A DNA stretch of 38,813 nt. Source: an uncultured Bacilli bacterium. Lineage in GTDB: Bacteria; Bacillota_I; Bacilli_A; RF39; UBA660. Under the pieces are notes generated by a model, which was not told the origin of the DNA, made no database searches, and was given only the letters and a program-made list of their open reading frames with translations. Below, piece after piece: positions 38,768 through 38,813 of the stretch. Position numbers and translations under genes: made by a program. The stretch spans positions 1 to 38,813 of the forward strand of contig CASDHD010000001.1 in assembly GCA_949280095.1 (NCBI GenBank), in the 5' to 3' direction. Numbering within the stretch: the first letter of the stretch is position 1; each line of letters begins with the position of its first letter.

Positions 38768-38813
38768 GTGTGCCAGGCATGGCATATAGCTAGGTGGTGA
38801 AAGTCCACTATAC
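38768..38813 (+). mobile_element. 5' end of a group IIC intron, truncated by the window edge
   Basis: GTGTGCCAGGCATGGCATATAGCTAGGTGGTGAAAGTCCAC resembles my recollection of the 5' end of the Oceanobacillus iheyensis group IIC intron (GUGUGCCCGGCAUGGGUGCAGUCUAUAGGGUGAGAGUCCC). It begins right after a T-run that follows a short hairpin. Confidence 0.55.

Noticed and set aside
1-38813. Looked for CRISPR arrays, tRNA or rRNA genes, integrases, transposases and prophage structural genes.
   Set aside because: No spaced short direct repeats, cloverleaf-like or rRNA-like conserved segments, or recombinase motifs were recognised. The DGR appears chromosomal rather than phage-borne within this window.

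Overview
This is an AT-rich, Bacillota-like chromosomal window, transcribed almost entirely on the + strand. No rRNA, tRNA, CRISPR array, integrase or transposase was seen.

Contents in order:
- The tail of an Ala/Ser/Gly-rich ORF, followed by orphan tail fragments and two paralogous two-TM immunity-like genes (1-1190).
- Two minus-strand XRE-type regulators and a divergent membrane protein (1334-4057).
- A Phe T-box leader (about 4295-4531). It is separated from pheS-pheT (6183-9600) by a RhuM-like fragment and a DUF1016 PDDEXK nuclease-like gene.
- A Nudix hydrolase.
- A 2876-aa surface M26 (ZmpA/B/C-like) zinc metalloprotease carrying cohesin-like and dockerin modules (10555-19185).
- A CW_7-repeat protein and an OmpR/HisKA two-component system (19379-22354).
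- A nine-gene NAD salvage and recycling operon ending in the regulator NrtR, with twin palindromic operator candidates (22598-31264).

The standout is 31.3-37.1 kb, a diversity-generating retroelement (DGR) arranged avd - TR - RT.
- The 80-bp template repeat (TR, 32062-32141) aligns without gaps to a variable repeat (VR, 33619-33698). Of 19 mismatches, 17 fall on TR adenines.
- The VR lies at codons 70-96, near the N-terminus of a 692-aa protein. That protein has no signal peptide or TM helix, and its C-terminal half is a MoxR-type AAA+ ATPase.
- Two further genes follow it: a translationally coupled 129-aa ORF that looks like a Walker-less AAA+ remnant, and a HExxH-peptidase/vWA protein.
- The DGR machinery carries two frame disruptions. 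avd is split by a perfect 46-bp tandem duplication. The last 42 codons of the RT lie in the -1 frame across an A_AAA_AAG heptamer.
- The TR also contains an in-frame TAA.

Downstream are a small export-family membrane protein, a histidine-phosphatase-like protein with degenerate catalytic motifs, and small membrane peptides. The last 46 nt resemble the 5' end of a group IIC intron.
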